From positions 13,976 to 77,975 of the forward strand of contig JACAEC010000152.1 in the NCBI GenBank assembly GCA_013389055.1: a stretch of DNA of 64,000 bases. Direction: 5' to 3'. Each line of letters begins with the position of its first letter. Position 1 is the stretch's first letter. Shown piece by piece: positions 40,832 to 50,552 of the stretch. The notes under the pieces are model-generated. The model did no database searches, was not told the DNA's origin, and worked only from the letters and a program-made list of their open reading frames with translations. The position numbers and the translations under genes were made by a program. This DNA comes from Hydrogenophilaceae bacterium (GTDB taxonomy: Bacteria; Pseudomonadota; Gammaproteobacteria; Burkholderiales; Thiobacillaceae).

Positions 40832-42379
40832 TTATTTGCCCGCCTGGAGGTGTGCCCGTACAGCCACCAATTTGGGTGCCATTTTGGCATCTTGCCCAAT
40901 TTGCTCCGATAGTCCCCAACAACCGTTGCGGTCATACCTAGAGACATCTGCGTACATTACCATCAAGGCACCAGCCGTCTCCTGCTGCCAAATGTCGAGG
41001 TATTTTTCATACAGCCGACCCATAGCCGGATGACGGTTGATCGCTGCGCAGAAATCGTCATCGCCGGGCGGATTGGTTACGTGCTGACCTGCCTCATACG
41101 CGATCAATTGAACGCCTGCCTGTTTTGCTATCGCCATGTTGGCACTGACAATTTTCCGTATCCCTTCAACACTGGATTCCAGTTTGCCCATCACCGCTTC
41201 CACAGCTACGCTATGCGAACCCTTCCCTCGAACTGCTTCCGCAATTTCGTGGCCAAAATAAGGGGCAATGGCATAGGCATCGACCTGCTTACCGATATCC
41301 GGGTAGTCCAATAGCCGCTTGGCGCGCCAGGTGTTTACCGCTTGTCCACTCAAGACTCGGACAAACTGACGTGACCCGCCAAAGACACCTTCAAACAGCT
41401 TGAACACCTGCAAGGTTCGTCGCACGTAGTAGTCATCTGCATCCCTCAAACCGAGCCGGGAGGCCTCACGACTGGCATAGGCGTGCTGGGGGAAGATGCC
41501 GTTCCAGACTTCGTTGGAGTACTCCAGATAAAACTTGCGGCCTAGCTTCAACTGTCTCTTTATCAGCTTCGCCATCTCGATGACATAGTCATCGCTCGCG
41601 GCATGCGGCACGGTAAACCACGGATTGGCGTCCATGGACTCGGCCATCTGGATCATGTATTCCAGGGCAACTCCATTGTTCCTATCTTGACTGGCATGCA
41701 TCGGCCGTGTCCGGTCTGACCACTTGATATCATTATTAGTATTGGCTTTTGCCCAATCCACAAAACGGACAACCTTGAACCCCTTGAGGTAGCCCAGATA
41801 GCGAGGGTTGAATGTCACCTGATGCCGAGACGGATCGAAGCCGGGCATATACATACGAACATTCCTGATTGGATCCCGCGGATCGGTTCGCAGAACTTTC
41901 ATGATCACCCTGTACTTCGGTTGGACCTCCACCAGCAGATCATTGCCATGCCTCCCTGCAATCCTGGCATCCATGTTGAAAGACAGATCCCCCTGCCCGT
42001 CGTAAGTGACAGTGTACGTTCCGACCGGGTAGGTTCCGCCGCTCATCACCACCGTTGCGGCCTGCTGCCCGGGGGTGAGACTGCGCAGCCACCCGTGTTC
42101 ATCAATATCCAGCGGCTCCCTGGTGTCCCAGACTTGTGAGCCCTCGCGCTGCGGTACCCACGCCCCGCTCTGCCTAAACACGTCGACAAAAGGCTGAGTG
42201 GGCGACCAGTAGCTAACGCCGTGCAGATTGACGCCCAGCCCCTTGTCCGGTTCAGCAGCATCCGCCATTCCGAAGTGAGTCATCCAGGCGCAAAGCGACA
42301 GAACCGCAAGGGCCAAGCGGAAGTTCCTGCCACAGCATATGCGGGATCGTTCCACTGTCGAATTCATCTGGCAAAACAC
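40832..42379 (-). CDS. Secreted putative glycoside-hydrolase-like protein
   Basis: Signal peptide; GVNL...PFVD, VRFVDW, YLEYSNEVWN, AYEAGQH; the start may be ATG 42368. Confidence 0.6.
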   Translation of the reverse strand: MFCQMNSTVERSRICCGRNFRLALAVLSLCAWMTHFGMADAAEPDKGLGVNLHGVSYWSPTQPFVDVFRQSGAWVPQREGSQVWDTREPLDIDEHGWLRSLTPGQQAATVVMSGGTYPVGTYTVTYDGQGDLSFNMDARIAGRHGNDLLVEVQPKYRVIMKVLRTDPRDPIRNVRMYMPGFDPSRHQVTFNPRYLGYLKGFKVVRFVDWAKANTNNDIKWSDRTRPMHASQDRNNGVALEYMIQMAESMDANPWFTVPHAASDDYVIEMAKLIKRQLKLGRKFYLEYSNEVWNGIFPQHAYASREASRLGLRDADDYYVRRTLQVFKLFEGVFGGSRQFVRVLSGQAVNTWRAKRLLDYPDIGKQVDAYAIAPYFGHEIAEAVRGKGSHSVAVEAVMGKLESSVEGIRKIVSANMAIAKQAGVQLIAYEAGQHVTNPPGDDDFCAAINRHPAMGRLYEKYLDIWQQETAGALMVMYADVSRYDRNGCWGLSEQIGQDAKMAPKLVAVRAHLQAGK

Positions 42380-42631
42380 CTCGTCAATAATGTGGGACAG
42401 TTACCGACTAGCGGCCTCGCCCGAAAATGTTTGCTCTGCATATGGCCGAGTCTTCCCAGACCGTAAGCTCGTGCAGTGGCACCATGCTGTGAGACGGTAT
42501 ATGGCAGGCATCGCTCAGCAGTCATCGAAAGCAAACATAATTTTGCTATTTTCGCGCGTTTCCCCTGACCAGATTATTACAATGAGATATTTCGAACCCT
42601 TCCACTGCGGCCAGCCCCGCTGAAACGCTTC

Positions 42632-44137
42632 ATGCCGGAACATATCAAGGCCTTAATCGTCATCCTGGTTCTTTCGTTCTTCGTTTTTGGCTTCGCCAGG
42701 GCACCCGCCCTCAACTGGGTAGAGCGGGTCGATTACGACCGTCGGCGCAATCTCTGGTTAGGCCTAACCACCGTGGCTTTTCTGGCACACAACTTCTGGT
42801 TGTATGCCCTGTCTGCCATCTTGCTGTTGGTACTAGCCGGTAAGCAGGACAACAACCGGGTTGCTGTTTTCTTTCTCGCAATGCTGGTGCTACCTCCTAT
42901 CGCCGTCGATATCCCGGGATTCGGACTGATCAACATCCTGTTCTCGCTGAATCACGTCCGCCTGCTGACCTTGGCCATCCTGTTGCCCATGTTCATGGGG
43001 CTGCTGCATAGGACCGACATCGCACCCATCGGCAGACCACTGGCCGACAAGTTGCTCATCGCCTATCTGATACTGGTCGTTCTCCTCCAGTTAAGGGAAA
43101 CAACCGTGACGGATACATTGCGACAGGCGTTTTATGTCTTCATCGATGCCTTTATTCCCTACATCGTTATCAGCCGATCACTCAAGGAACTCAAACACTT
43201 TCGCGAGGCCCTGTCCGGATTCGTCCTGGCAGCCTTGGTATTGGCTGCAATCTGCCTGTTCGAGGCAGCCAAGCACTGGCAGCTCTACCGGGCTGTCAGC
43301 TCCGCATTGGGCGCCCCCCTAGATACCCTGAGCATTGTCGAACGGGGCGGCATCTTGCGCGCCATGGGTTCCACAGGCCACCCCATCGTTGCGGGCTACG
43401 TCATGACGGTCACCCTAGGGTTTTTTCTGTTCCTTAAAAATTCACTCCCGAACAAACAGCACCAGCGCTTTGGATTGGCCCTGATCTCGGCAGGATTGGT
43501 CGCCCCCTTGTCCCGTGGCCCCTGGGTTGGCGCCGGCCTCATGCTCGTGACATATCTCGCCACAGGCCCTTTCGCACTGCGCCGACTGGCCGTGCTGGCC
43601 TTTGCCGGTCTCATGGCAATCCCATTGCTCTCAGTACTACCCGGCGGAGAAAAGGTGCTTAATTTGCTTCCCTTTATCGGAACAGTCGAAACAAACACCA
43701 TCGACTATCGCGCCCAATTATTGGACGCTGCTTATAAGGTCATGATGCGCGATCCCTGGTTTGGTTCGGTTGATTTCGCACTGGCGCCTGAGATGCAGGC
43801 CATGATTCAGGGCAGGGGCATCATCGACATAGTCAACACTTATCTCCTGATCAGTTTGCGCTCCGGATTCGTCGGCCTAGGACTCTTCGTTGGTTTCTTC
43901 GCGCTGATCGCATGGAACCTCTTCCGCACTTTACAAAAATTGGCAGACAAGAACAGCGAACTCCATCTGCTTGGCCGGTCCCTGTTCGCCAGTCTCGTGG
44001 CTATATTGGCTATCATCTTCACGGTCAGCGACATATCTGTGATTCCCACAGTCTACTGGTCACTGGCGGGACTGGGTGTGGCCTATGTCGCAATGATTCA
44101 AACCAATATCGATCAGGAGCCAGGAGGCAATCAATAG
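42632..44137 (+). CDS. O-antigen ligase/Wzy polymerase family membrane protein
   Basis: Many TM helices; RAMGSTGHPI, SRGPW, PWFG, DIVNTY...GFVG motifs. Confidence 0.82.
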   Translation: MPEHIKALIVILVLSFFVFGFARAPALNWVERVDYDRRRNLWLGLTTVAFLAHNFWLYALSAILLLVLAGKQDNNRVAVFFLAMLVLPPIAVDIPGFGLINILFSLNHVRLLTLAILLPMFMGLLHRTDIAPIGRPLADKLLIAYLILVVLLQLRETTVTDTLRQAFYVFIDAFIPYIVISRSLKELKHFREALSGFVLAALVLAAICLFEAAKHWQLYRAVSSALGAPLDTLSIVERGGILRAMGSTGHPIVAGYVMTVTLGFFLFLKNSLPNKQHQRFGLALISAGLVAPLSRGPWVGAGLMLVTYLATGPFALRRLAVLAFAGLMAIPLLSVLPGGEKVLNLLPFIGTVETNTIDYRAQLLDAAYKVMMRDPWFGSVDFALAPEMQAMIQGRGIIDIVNTYLLISLRSGFVGLGLFVGFFALIAWNLFRTLQKLADKNSELHLLGRSLFASLVAILAIIFTVSDISVIPTVYWSLAGLGVAYVAMIQTNIDQEPGGNQ

Positions 44138-44210
44138 GGTAGGTTAGCCAGGCCCATACGGCGATTGCCTACATTTCGGGCGTGCTGACTCGATTCCCAG
44201 GATCTAAGGA

Positions 44211-44849
44211 TTATTGGACCGCAATGTAACTCTTGGGCAAACCGGCGAACCGCTCCACCCTGATGGTTGCCTTGGGGAAGAGTCGTATCAGCTCTTCACG
44301 TCGCACATAAGTAGTGGTGGCCACCATAGCTGTCCACCCCGGCAATTTCCTCTGCCAGCGTGCCAATATGTACCGTTTCAGCGAAGCCGGATACCACCAC
44401 CAGAAGGGCATCCCGGTATGGGGCTCGATAGGAAAATACTTCGAGGGTGTCTGAACCCAAAGTTTCTTGCCGACGCGCATTGCCTCCTGACAAAACTGCT
44501 GAATCTTTGCGGCATCGCCCACATGCTCGATTACACTGTTGCTGAACACCAGATCGAATTCACCATCGCAATATGCCGACAGATCACAGGCATCACCTTC
44601 CACATATGAAATATTGTGATGGCTGTAGTGCAGTGTATTAGCCACCCCTGGCAGATTCAATATAACGATATCCAGAGGTCGTTCGATATAAACCCAAATG
44701 CCAGGCTGGCCACCCAAATCCAATATGCGCGGATTCTGCGCCTCAACCGTATCCAAAAAATGGTTGAATGCGGTCATCCTCTTCTTTCTGAAGTATCCCT
44801 GAATAGGCCCCAGCAGTGCATACATTAATTTGATGCGAAAGTATTTCAT
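44211..44849 (-). CDS. Class I SAM-dependent methyltransferase
   Basis: ILDLGG, GDACDL, FSNSVIEHVG, FPIEPH. Confidence 0.85.
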   Translation of the reverse strand: MKYFRIKLMYALLGPIQGYFRKKRMTAFNHFLDTVEAQNPRILDLGGQPGIWVYIERPLDIVILNLPGVANTLHYSHHNISYVEGDACDLSAYCDGEFDLVFSNSVIEHVGDAAKIQQFCQEAMRVGKKLWVQTPSKYFPIEPHTGMPFWWWYPASLKRYILARWQRKLPGWTAMVATTTYVRREELIRLFPKATIRVERFAGLPKSYIAVQ

Positions 44850-45099
44850 GATTGATTGCCTTTTAGCCTTAGATCACCAAAGGATACCGATGCTCTTGGA
44901 GTAGTCGAAGATGACGTTTCTGTCCATATGTCTGGCTGTATGGTGGCGTCGCACCTTTAAAGAATGATGACTTGGCTGCTGGGGAGAGCATGCAACTCCT
45001 TGGTGCCTCGCACCCCCCGATGCTGCACGTTGCCGCGTATATCACTGTGTTCTTATCCCACGATTCACTATGTTGGCCATCTCATTTGTGAAGGTAGTC

Positions 45100-45906
45100 T
45101 CAGTAATATACCCTCGGCATTTCTTCCGCCTTGTTCAGCACCACCCCCAGCAGCTTCTCCTGTGGGATCATGCGCAGGCTCTCCTCGACATCGACATTCG
45201 GCGACATGCCATCGCCTACGACCAGCAGGACGCAATCGATCTGCGGCAGCACGGCGATGGCGTCGTCGGTGTTGAGCAGCGGCGGCAGGTCGAAGATGAC
45301 GATGCGTGACTCGTAACGCTCGCGCAAGTCGGCGACGAGATTGGCAACTCGCCGGGAGAACAGGGTTTCCGAGGGATTGGGTACCGGCCTCTCGGTGGGC
45401 AGCAGCACCAGCCTGGGCAGGCCAGGATTGACCAGGACATCGGGTAGCGTGGCACTGCCGTCCAACACCTCGTTGAGGGAGATGCCCGCCGGCAGGCCCA
45501 TATAGGCGCCGAGCTTAGGTTTGCGCAAGTCGAAATCCACCAGCATGGCGGTCTTCTGGGTCTGATGGGCAATGCTCATCGCCAGATTGATAGCCACCAC
45601 CGTCTTGCCCGCCCCGGCACTGGGCGAAGTGACGGCAAGCGTGCGCCATCCCTTCTCCTCCATCTTATGCAGCACCTGGGTGCGCAATAGGTCAAATGCG
45701 CGGCTGCCCGGATCGGCCTTATCGTGGGCGACGATACGGTGTCTCTCCAAGTGACCGGGGTTCAACTGCACCACGCGGGTCTGGCTGTAGCTGACCGAAA
45801 CGAAATCCCCTTCCAGATCGGCGGCGACTGCCTGGGCTGTCATAGCGGCCTGCCGCTCAGGGGCTTCGTCGGTATATTCGGTGCTTCCCATGTCGCTTCC
45901 CATCAT
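45100..45906 (-). CDS. CpsD/CapB family tyrosine kinase (cytoplasmic half of a split Wzc)
   Basis: LLRTQ, TSPSAGAGKT Walker A, LVDFDLRKP, IFDLPP, C-terminal YY. Confidence 0.9.
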   Translation of the reverse strand: MMGSDMGSTEYTDEAPERQAAMTAQAVAADLEGDFVSVSYSQTRVVQLNPGHLERHRIVAHDKADPGSRAFDLLRTQVLHKMEEKGWRTLAVTSPSAGAGKTVVAINLAMSIAHQTQKTAMLVDFDLRKPKLGAYMGLPAGISLNEVLDGSATLPDVLVNPGLPRLVLLPTERPVPNPSETLFSRRVANLVADLRERYESRIVIFDLPPLLNTDDAIAVLPQIDCVLLVVGDGMSPNVDVEESLRMIPQEKLLGVVLNKAEEMPRVYY

Positions 45907-47549
45907 ATAAATCGGTCCAGGATCATGTAGAACAGGATATCCAGCGGCTTGTAGAAGAAGTGCACTGCCAACAAGGCGGCAATAAACAGAACCAGGCCGC
46001 CACCGACGAACAACTTGAGCCTGAACCTGGGCACGGATTTGCGCCGCGTGCGCTCTTCCCGTGTCGTGATGTAAGGGATACTCACCAGCGGCGGCTCGCC
46101 GGCGAGGGCCGCCAGGGCCCGGGGGCCACGGACGCGTTGATGGATGGATTCCAGCAGCATAACCAGGCCGCCGGCACCAGCTAGGGCCAGGAAGAAGCCC
46201 ATGGCCACCAGCTTCTTGCGATTGGGTTCGATAGGTTTGTCCGGCAGCAGAGGCGGCTCGATCAGGGAGAAACGCTCGGCCTTCTTCTCCTCCTCCAGGT
46301 TCTCGGAGATCTGCGCGCCCATCTGCTTGGCACGCACCTCCTCGTACTTTGTCTTAGCGTTGTCGTAGTCCCGCTGCATGGCGATCATGCCCCGCTCGAC
46401 CTGTGGCGTCTGCATGATCTCCCGTTCGTATTGGGCCAGTTTCGACTTGATTTCCTTCCGCTGCTCGATCAGGGATTTCTGCCGGGCCTCGGCGGCGGTG
46501 ATTCTAGCCTCGATCTTGGCGACCGAGAGATCCTGAAACTGGTTGAAGCTATCTTCGTCGACTTTGGCACCGCGTTTGTCCTGATCGGGACGGCCTGCAA
46601 TGGGCTTGCCCGCGCCCGCCTTGGTCTCGCCCGGCCTGCCCGCGGACTCACCTTCCAGGGCCTCGATCTGGCGCTTGAGCGCCCGCACATCCGGGTGGGT
46701 CTCCTTGTAGATGGCGCTGGCCTTCTCATAATCCTTCTTCAGCAGGAACAGTTGCTGGGCTGGGCTGGGTGGCGTACTGCCCGTTGTGAGCAGGCCGGTC
46801 TTGGTGCCTGTCAATTCGATGTCCAGATAGCGCAGTTCCTCCTGGGCCGCCTTCAACTCCCGCTCGACATCTTTCAGCTCGCCCTCCAGGCGGGTGATCA
46901 TGGCCATACGCAGGTCCAGGTGCTCCGGCAAGGCGTTGCCATAGCGCTGCTTGTAGCTAGCGATATCGTTTTCGGCCTTTTCCAGTTGCTGGCGCAATCG
47001 TTCGGCCTCTTGGCTGAGGAACTCGGTCGTTTCGGAGGCCCGTGCCGTGCGGCTCTTAACGTTCTCGTCCAGGAACAGGGTGACCAGTTCGTTCGCCATG
47101 CGGTAGGCCGTATCCGGCTCCTTGGCGTCGAAGGACAGCTTGAACGCGATGGTGGCCTGGCCGGCCTTTCCCAGATCGGCCCCGATGGTCTCGATCTTCA
47201 CCCGCTCGCGCAGTTTGTCCAGCAATTCCGAACTGGCCACCTTGTCTTCGTCCTTGAACAGGTCGTACTTGTCCATGATCTTGAGCAGGTTGGCCCGGGT
47301 CAGCACGCGCTGCTTGATCACGGCGATGCGCTCGTCGACGTAGCTGGTAATGGTGGAACGCACGATGTCGTCCGGAATCTGCTGGGATTCCACCAGGATG
47401 GTGCCGGTGGCCCGGTAGGTGGGGGGCAACACGATCGCGACGACGATCGACACCGTGAAGATCGCAGTGAACGCAATGGCCAGATGCGGCGCCCGGCGGC
47501 GGGCGATCGACAGATAGTCCCGGAGGGTCATTTCATACTGTTGGGCCAT
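45903..47549 (-). CDS. Polysaccharide co-polymerase/chain-length determinant (GumC/Wzc membrane half)
   Basis: Two flanking TM segments, PPTYRA, coiled coil, YKETHPDV, EPPLLPDKPIEPNR. Confidence 0.9.
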   Translation of the reverse strand: MAQQYEMTLRDYLSIARRRAPHLAIAFTAIFTVSIVVAIVLPPTYRATGTILVESQQIPDDIVRSTITSYVDERIAVIKQRVLTRANLLKIMDKYDLFKDEDKVASSELLDKLRERVKIETIGADLGKAGQATIAFKLSFDAKEPDTAYRMANELVTLFLDENVKSRTARASETTEFLSQEAERLRQQLEKAENDIASYKQRYGNALPEHLDLRMAMITRLEGELKDVERELKAAQEELRYLDIELTGTKTGLLTTGSTPPSPAQQLFLLKKDYEKASAIYKETHPDVRALKRQIEALEGESAGRPGETKAGAGKPIAGRPDQDKRGAKVDEDSFNQFQDLSVAKIEARITAAEARQKSLIEQRKEIKSKLAQYEREIMQTPQVERGMIAMQRDYDNAKTKYEEVRAKQMGAQISENLEEEKKAERFSLIEPPLLPDKPIEPNRKKLVAMGFFLALAGAGGLVMLLESIHQRVRGPRALAALAGEPPLVSIPYITTREERTRRKSVPRFRLKLFVGGGLVLFIAALLAVHFFYKPLDILFYMILDRFI

Positions 47550-47566
47550 GCGAGGTCGTCCTGGAT

Positions 47567-48673
47567 CTAGAAAAGTTCGGGGTGGGAGTAGTTCAACGTC
47601 AGCGAGAGCAGGTGGGCATCGGCCTCATCGCCACCATCCTGCTCGCGGTATCGGTATTGGTAGGACATACGCAGCAGCCAGTGGTCGTCCAGTCCCCGGC
47701 TCAGCGAGGCGCCGGCCTGCAAAGTCGAAGTATTGGGTATGGAGCGGTTCTCTCGCCAGGACACGTCGACACTGGCGCTGAGAAGATTCGAGATGGCATA
47801 GGTCAACTGGCCGCTTGCCTGGGTCGATTCGGCGAAGCCGCCGGCACCGCTGTCCGACACGGCGCGGTCCAGTCGGAAGGAAGCAGCCGATCGCTCGCTC
47901 GTGACATAGTTCAAAGCCAGGCCGCCGGTCCAGCCGGTGTTGTCGGACCGGCCCGAAGTCCGGTTCACCCCCAGACGCAGGTCGGTATCCAGGCGTTCCG
48001 TCAGCTTGAGCTTGAGCCCGAACGAGGTATCCAGCGAGGTCGATGACTGGCCGGCATCCGGCACGTAGCGCGAACTCGATAGGCTCAGCTTGGTCTCAAT
48101 GCGGTCGCTCCAGATGCGGCTCAGGCTGGCGTTGGCGGCCAGTGTCGCATAATCGGTGTTGCTGCCGCCCTGATAGGAAACATCCTTGTAACTGGTACCC
48201 AATGTCACGCCTAGGCGATCCGAAAGTTGGCTGTTCCAATCCGCCGAAAGGGAACTGCTGGAACGGGTGCCATCGCCGACCAGCCCGGTGTCGGCGAATT
48301 CGGTAACCCGCAACGAGGCCTCTTCGTGAAGCATGGCGATGCCGAAGTCGCCTGTCGGCATTGCGCGCCGCCAGCCGAGAGACAGCGTCGGGTCTTCGCG
48401 CCCTGCGCTGACGGCCTCGTCCGACGAGCGCTCCAGATTGAGCGACAGCCCCATATTGAACTGATCGCGGTCGAGGATGCCGGTGATCTGGTAGCTGGGC
48501 ACTGTGTTGAACCGCCAGACGCCGCCGGAGGCTTTGGGAGTCATGCTCGGATTGCTGTCGTAGGACATCGAAATCGGGCTGGAAAAACCATGCTGGAAGC
48601 GATCGGCCCAGCCTGACACCGGCATGACAGCCGCCAGAAGGGCCAGCGAGAAGGACGCAACGCCCCTCCTCAT
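47567..48673 (-). CDS. Outer-membrane beta-barrel protein associated with EPS export
   Basis: Signal peptide, YDSN motif, alternating beta-strand pattern, terminal Phe; lies between wza and the co-polymerase. Confidence 0.7.
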   Translation of the reverse strand: MRRGVASFSLALLAAVMPVSGWADRFQHGFSSPISMSYDSNPSMTPKASGGVWRFNTVPSYQITGILDRDQFNMGLSLNLERSSDEAVSAGREDPTLSLGWRRAMPTGDFGIAMLHEEASLRVTEFADTGLVGDGTRSSSSLSADWNSQLSDRLGVTLGTSYKDVSYQGGSNTDYATLAANASLSRIWSDRIETKLSLSSSRYVPDAGQSSTSLDTSFGLKLKLTERLDTDLRLGVNRTSGRSDNTGWTGGLALNYVTSERSAASFRLDRAVSDSGAGGFAESTQASGQLTYAISNLLSASVDVSWRENRSIPNTSTLQAGASLSRGLDDHWLLRMSYQYRYREQDGGDEADAHLLSLTLNYSHPELF

Positions 48674-48677
48674 GACG

Positions 48678-49355
48678 TCATGGCACCAGGATGGTGTCCC
48701 CGGCCTGGAGCGGGTAATCGGTGGATAAATCCTTCGCCTTGATCAGGTCGCTATAGCGGACTTTCAGAATCTCCCGGCCGCCTTGCGTCGAGCGGAGGAT
48801 CTTGATGGCGTCGTTGTCGGCGAATTTACCCAGGCCGCCGGCCAGGCTCAAGGCCTGGAGCAGGGTCATCGGCACGTCCAGGATCACCGGGCCCGGCTTG
48901 ACGACATTGCCCAGGACATAGACCCGGCTGCCGTTGATACCGGTGATCACCACGGTCACGACCGGATCGGTCAGGTACTGCTCGATCCTTGCCGATATCT
49001 TGGCCTCGGCCTCGGTCGTGGTCAGGCCGGCGACCTCGACCCGGCCGGCCAGCGGGAAGGTGATGCTGCCGTCCGGCAGGATGCGAAGCTCCTTATGCAG
49101 GTTATCCTCGCGCCAGACCGAGACTTCCAGGGCATCGCCCTCATGCAGGCGATAGGCATTCGGCGAGGGTGGCTCGGTCTGTGGCTCGGTCTGTGGCTCG
49201 GGCGGTTTCTCCGCGGCCACCACCGGCTTTTCGACCACTGCAGCAGGCCCATCCGCCACGGGCGCGTCGGTCGCCGGTGCCGCCATGGCGGAGCCCGAAA
49301 GCCAAAGCATGACCAGCAACGTCCATAGCGATAACCGGGTCGGCGTCATATCCAC
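48678..49355 (-). CDS. Polysaccharide biosynthesis/export protein (short Wza-type, with SLBB domain)
   Basis: YRLHEGDALEVSVW, PDGSITFPLAG, VYVLGNVVKPG, ALSLAGGL, LQAGDTILVP. Confidence 0.9.
   Translation of the reverse strand: MDMTPTRLSLWTLLVMLWLSGSAMAAPATDAPVADGPAAVVEKPVVAAEKPPEPQTEPQTEPPSPNAYRLHEGDALEVSVWREDNLHKELRILPDGSITFPLAGRVEVAGLTTTEAEAKISARIEQYLTDPVVTVVITGINGSRVYVLGNVVKPGPVILDVPMTLLQALSLAGGLGKFADNDAIKILRSTQGGREILKVRYSDLIKAKDLSTDYPLQAGDTILVP
49171..49201 (+). repeat. 12-bp in-frame tandem repeat (about 2.5 copies) encoding an EPQT linker
   Basis: GGCTCGGTCTGT GGCTCGGTCTGT GGCTCGG. Confidence 0.8.
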
Positions 49356-49505
49356 GCAGGCAGATTCTTAAAGGAGTGCACATTACAGATTTTTTCTTAC
49401 AGTCCAGTGACCGCCCACGAACCGTCATACATTCAAAACATTTGTCGTCGAGAATGCGCGTCAAAGCGTCGACACCGATCCGTCTTAAATATGAAAGGAA
49501 CAGAC

Positions 49506-50381
49506 ATGAAGCTCATGCAAAGCATGCGCGTACCCGCCCTCCTCTTGATCCTGGTTACGGCTCTGAGCGCCTGCGGCGACAAGAACGGTGAAGACAAGAA
49601 GGCGACCCAGGTTGCCGCCAAGGTCAACAAGGACGAGATTACCGTACACCAGATCAACTACGAGCTCGGCAAACTCGGCAACCTCCCCCCGGCTCAGGCC
49701 AAGCAGGCTGCCAACACCGTCCTCAAGGGGCTGGTCGAGCAACAATTGCTGATGCAAAAAGCCATCGACAGCAAGGTCGATCGTGAACCGGCAGTCGTCC
49801 AACGTCTGGAAGCCTATCGCCGCCAAGTCCTGGCCGAGGCTTACCTGGAGCGGGTAACCAGCACCGCCGCGGAACCGGCCGCAGCCGAAATCAGCGCCTA
49901 CTACGCCAAAAACCCCGCCTTGTTCTCCGACCGCCGCATCTACCGCTTGCAGGAACTCAGCGTGCCGGTCACCGCCGAGAACGTCGAATCGGTCAAGGCC
50001 AAACTGGCCGAATCGCGCGACATCGGCGCTTTCGCCGAATGGCTCAAGTCGGTCAACATCCAGGCCCGCGCCGTGCAAAGCGTCAAGCCGGCCGAGCAAC
50101 TGCCGCTGGAACTGCTGCCGCGACTGCATGCCGCCAAGGAAGGCCAGGCCATCGCTCTTGCAACCCCCAACAGCCTGAATATCGTCTTCGTCACCGGCTA
50201 CCAGAGCCAGCCGGTCACGGAGGAACAGGCCAAGCCGGTCATCAGCCGCTACCTGGTGAATGCCAAAAAGCGCGAGCTGGTCGAGGCCGAACTCAAGAAA
50301 TTGCGCGAAGCCGGCAAGATCGAGTATCTGGGCGACTACGTCGAGGTAGGCAAGATCGAGGCCAAGCCGGCAGCGAAGTAA
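49506..50381 (+). CDS. epsD: EpsD family peptidyl-prolyl isomerase-like lipoprotein
   Basis: Lipobox LSAC, ATQVAAKVNKDEITVHQIN, LFSDRRIYRLQE, AEQLPLELL. Confidence 0.88.
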   Translation: MKLMQSMRVPALLLILVTALSACGDKNGEDKKATQVAAKVNKDEITVHQINYELGKLGNLPPAQAKQAANTVLKGLVEQQLLMQKAIDSKVDREPAVVQRLEAYRRQVLAEAYLERVTSTAAEPAAAEISAYYAKNPALFSDRRIYRLQELSVPVTAENVESVKAKLAESRDIGAFAEWLKSVNIQARAVQSVKPAEQLPLELLPRLHAAKEGQAIALATPNSLNIVFVTGYQSQPVTEEQAKPVISRYLVNAKKRELVEAELKKLREAGKIEYLGDYVEVGKIEAKPAAK

Positions 50382-50552
50382 GGCGACGGGAGGCGTCCGC
50401 GGCCCAAGGTTCCGTCAGCGCGGCGGAAATGGGCGGGCGGGCGACATGACTGGGCCGGCGTCGCCCCCGAGGAGCGCTTCGCCGGTCCAGCCCTGTCAAC
50501 TCGGACAATAAAGGCGGCCGTCCGGCCGCCGACAAGCTGGGGCATCGCTGCC

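Noticed and set aside
49171-49201. 12-bp repeat in the export gene as a contingency locus
   Set aside because: In-frame, about 2.5 copies, and in a Pro-rich linker
50382-50552. GC-rich hairpins between epsD and the CAAX protease as a riboswitch or REP element
   Set aside because: No recognisable riboswitch core (for example c-di-GMP GEMM) and no second copy noticed
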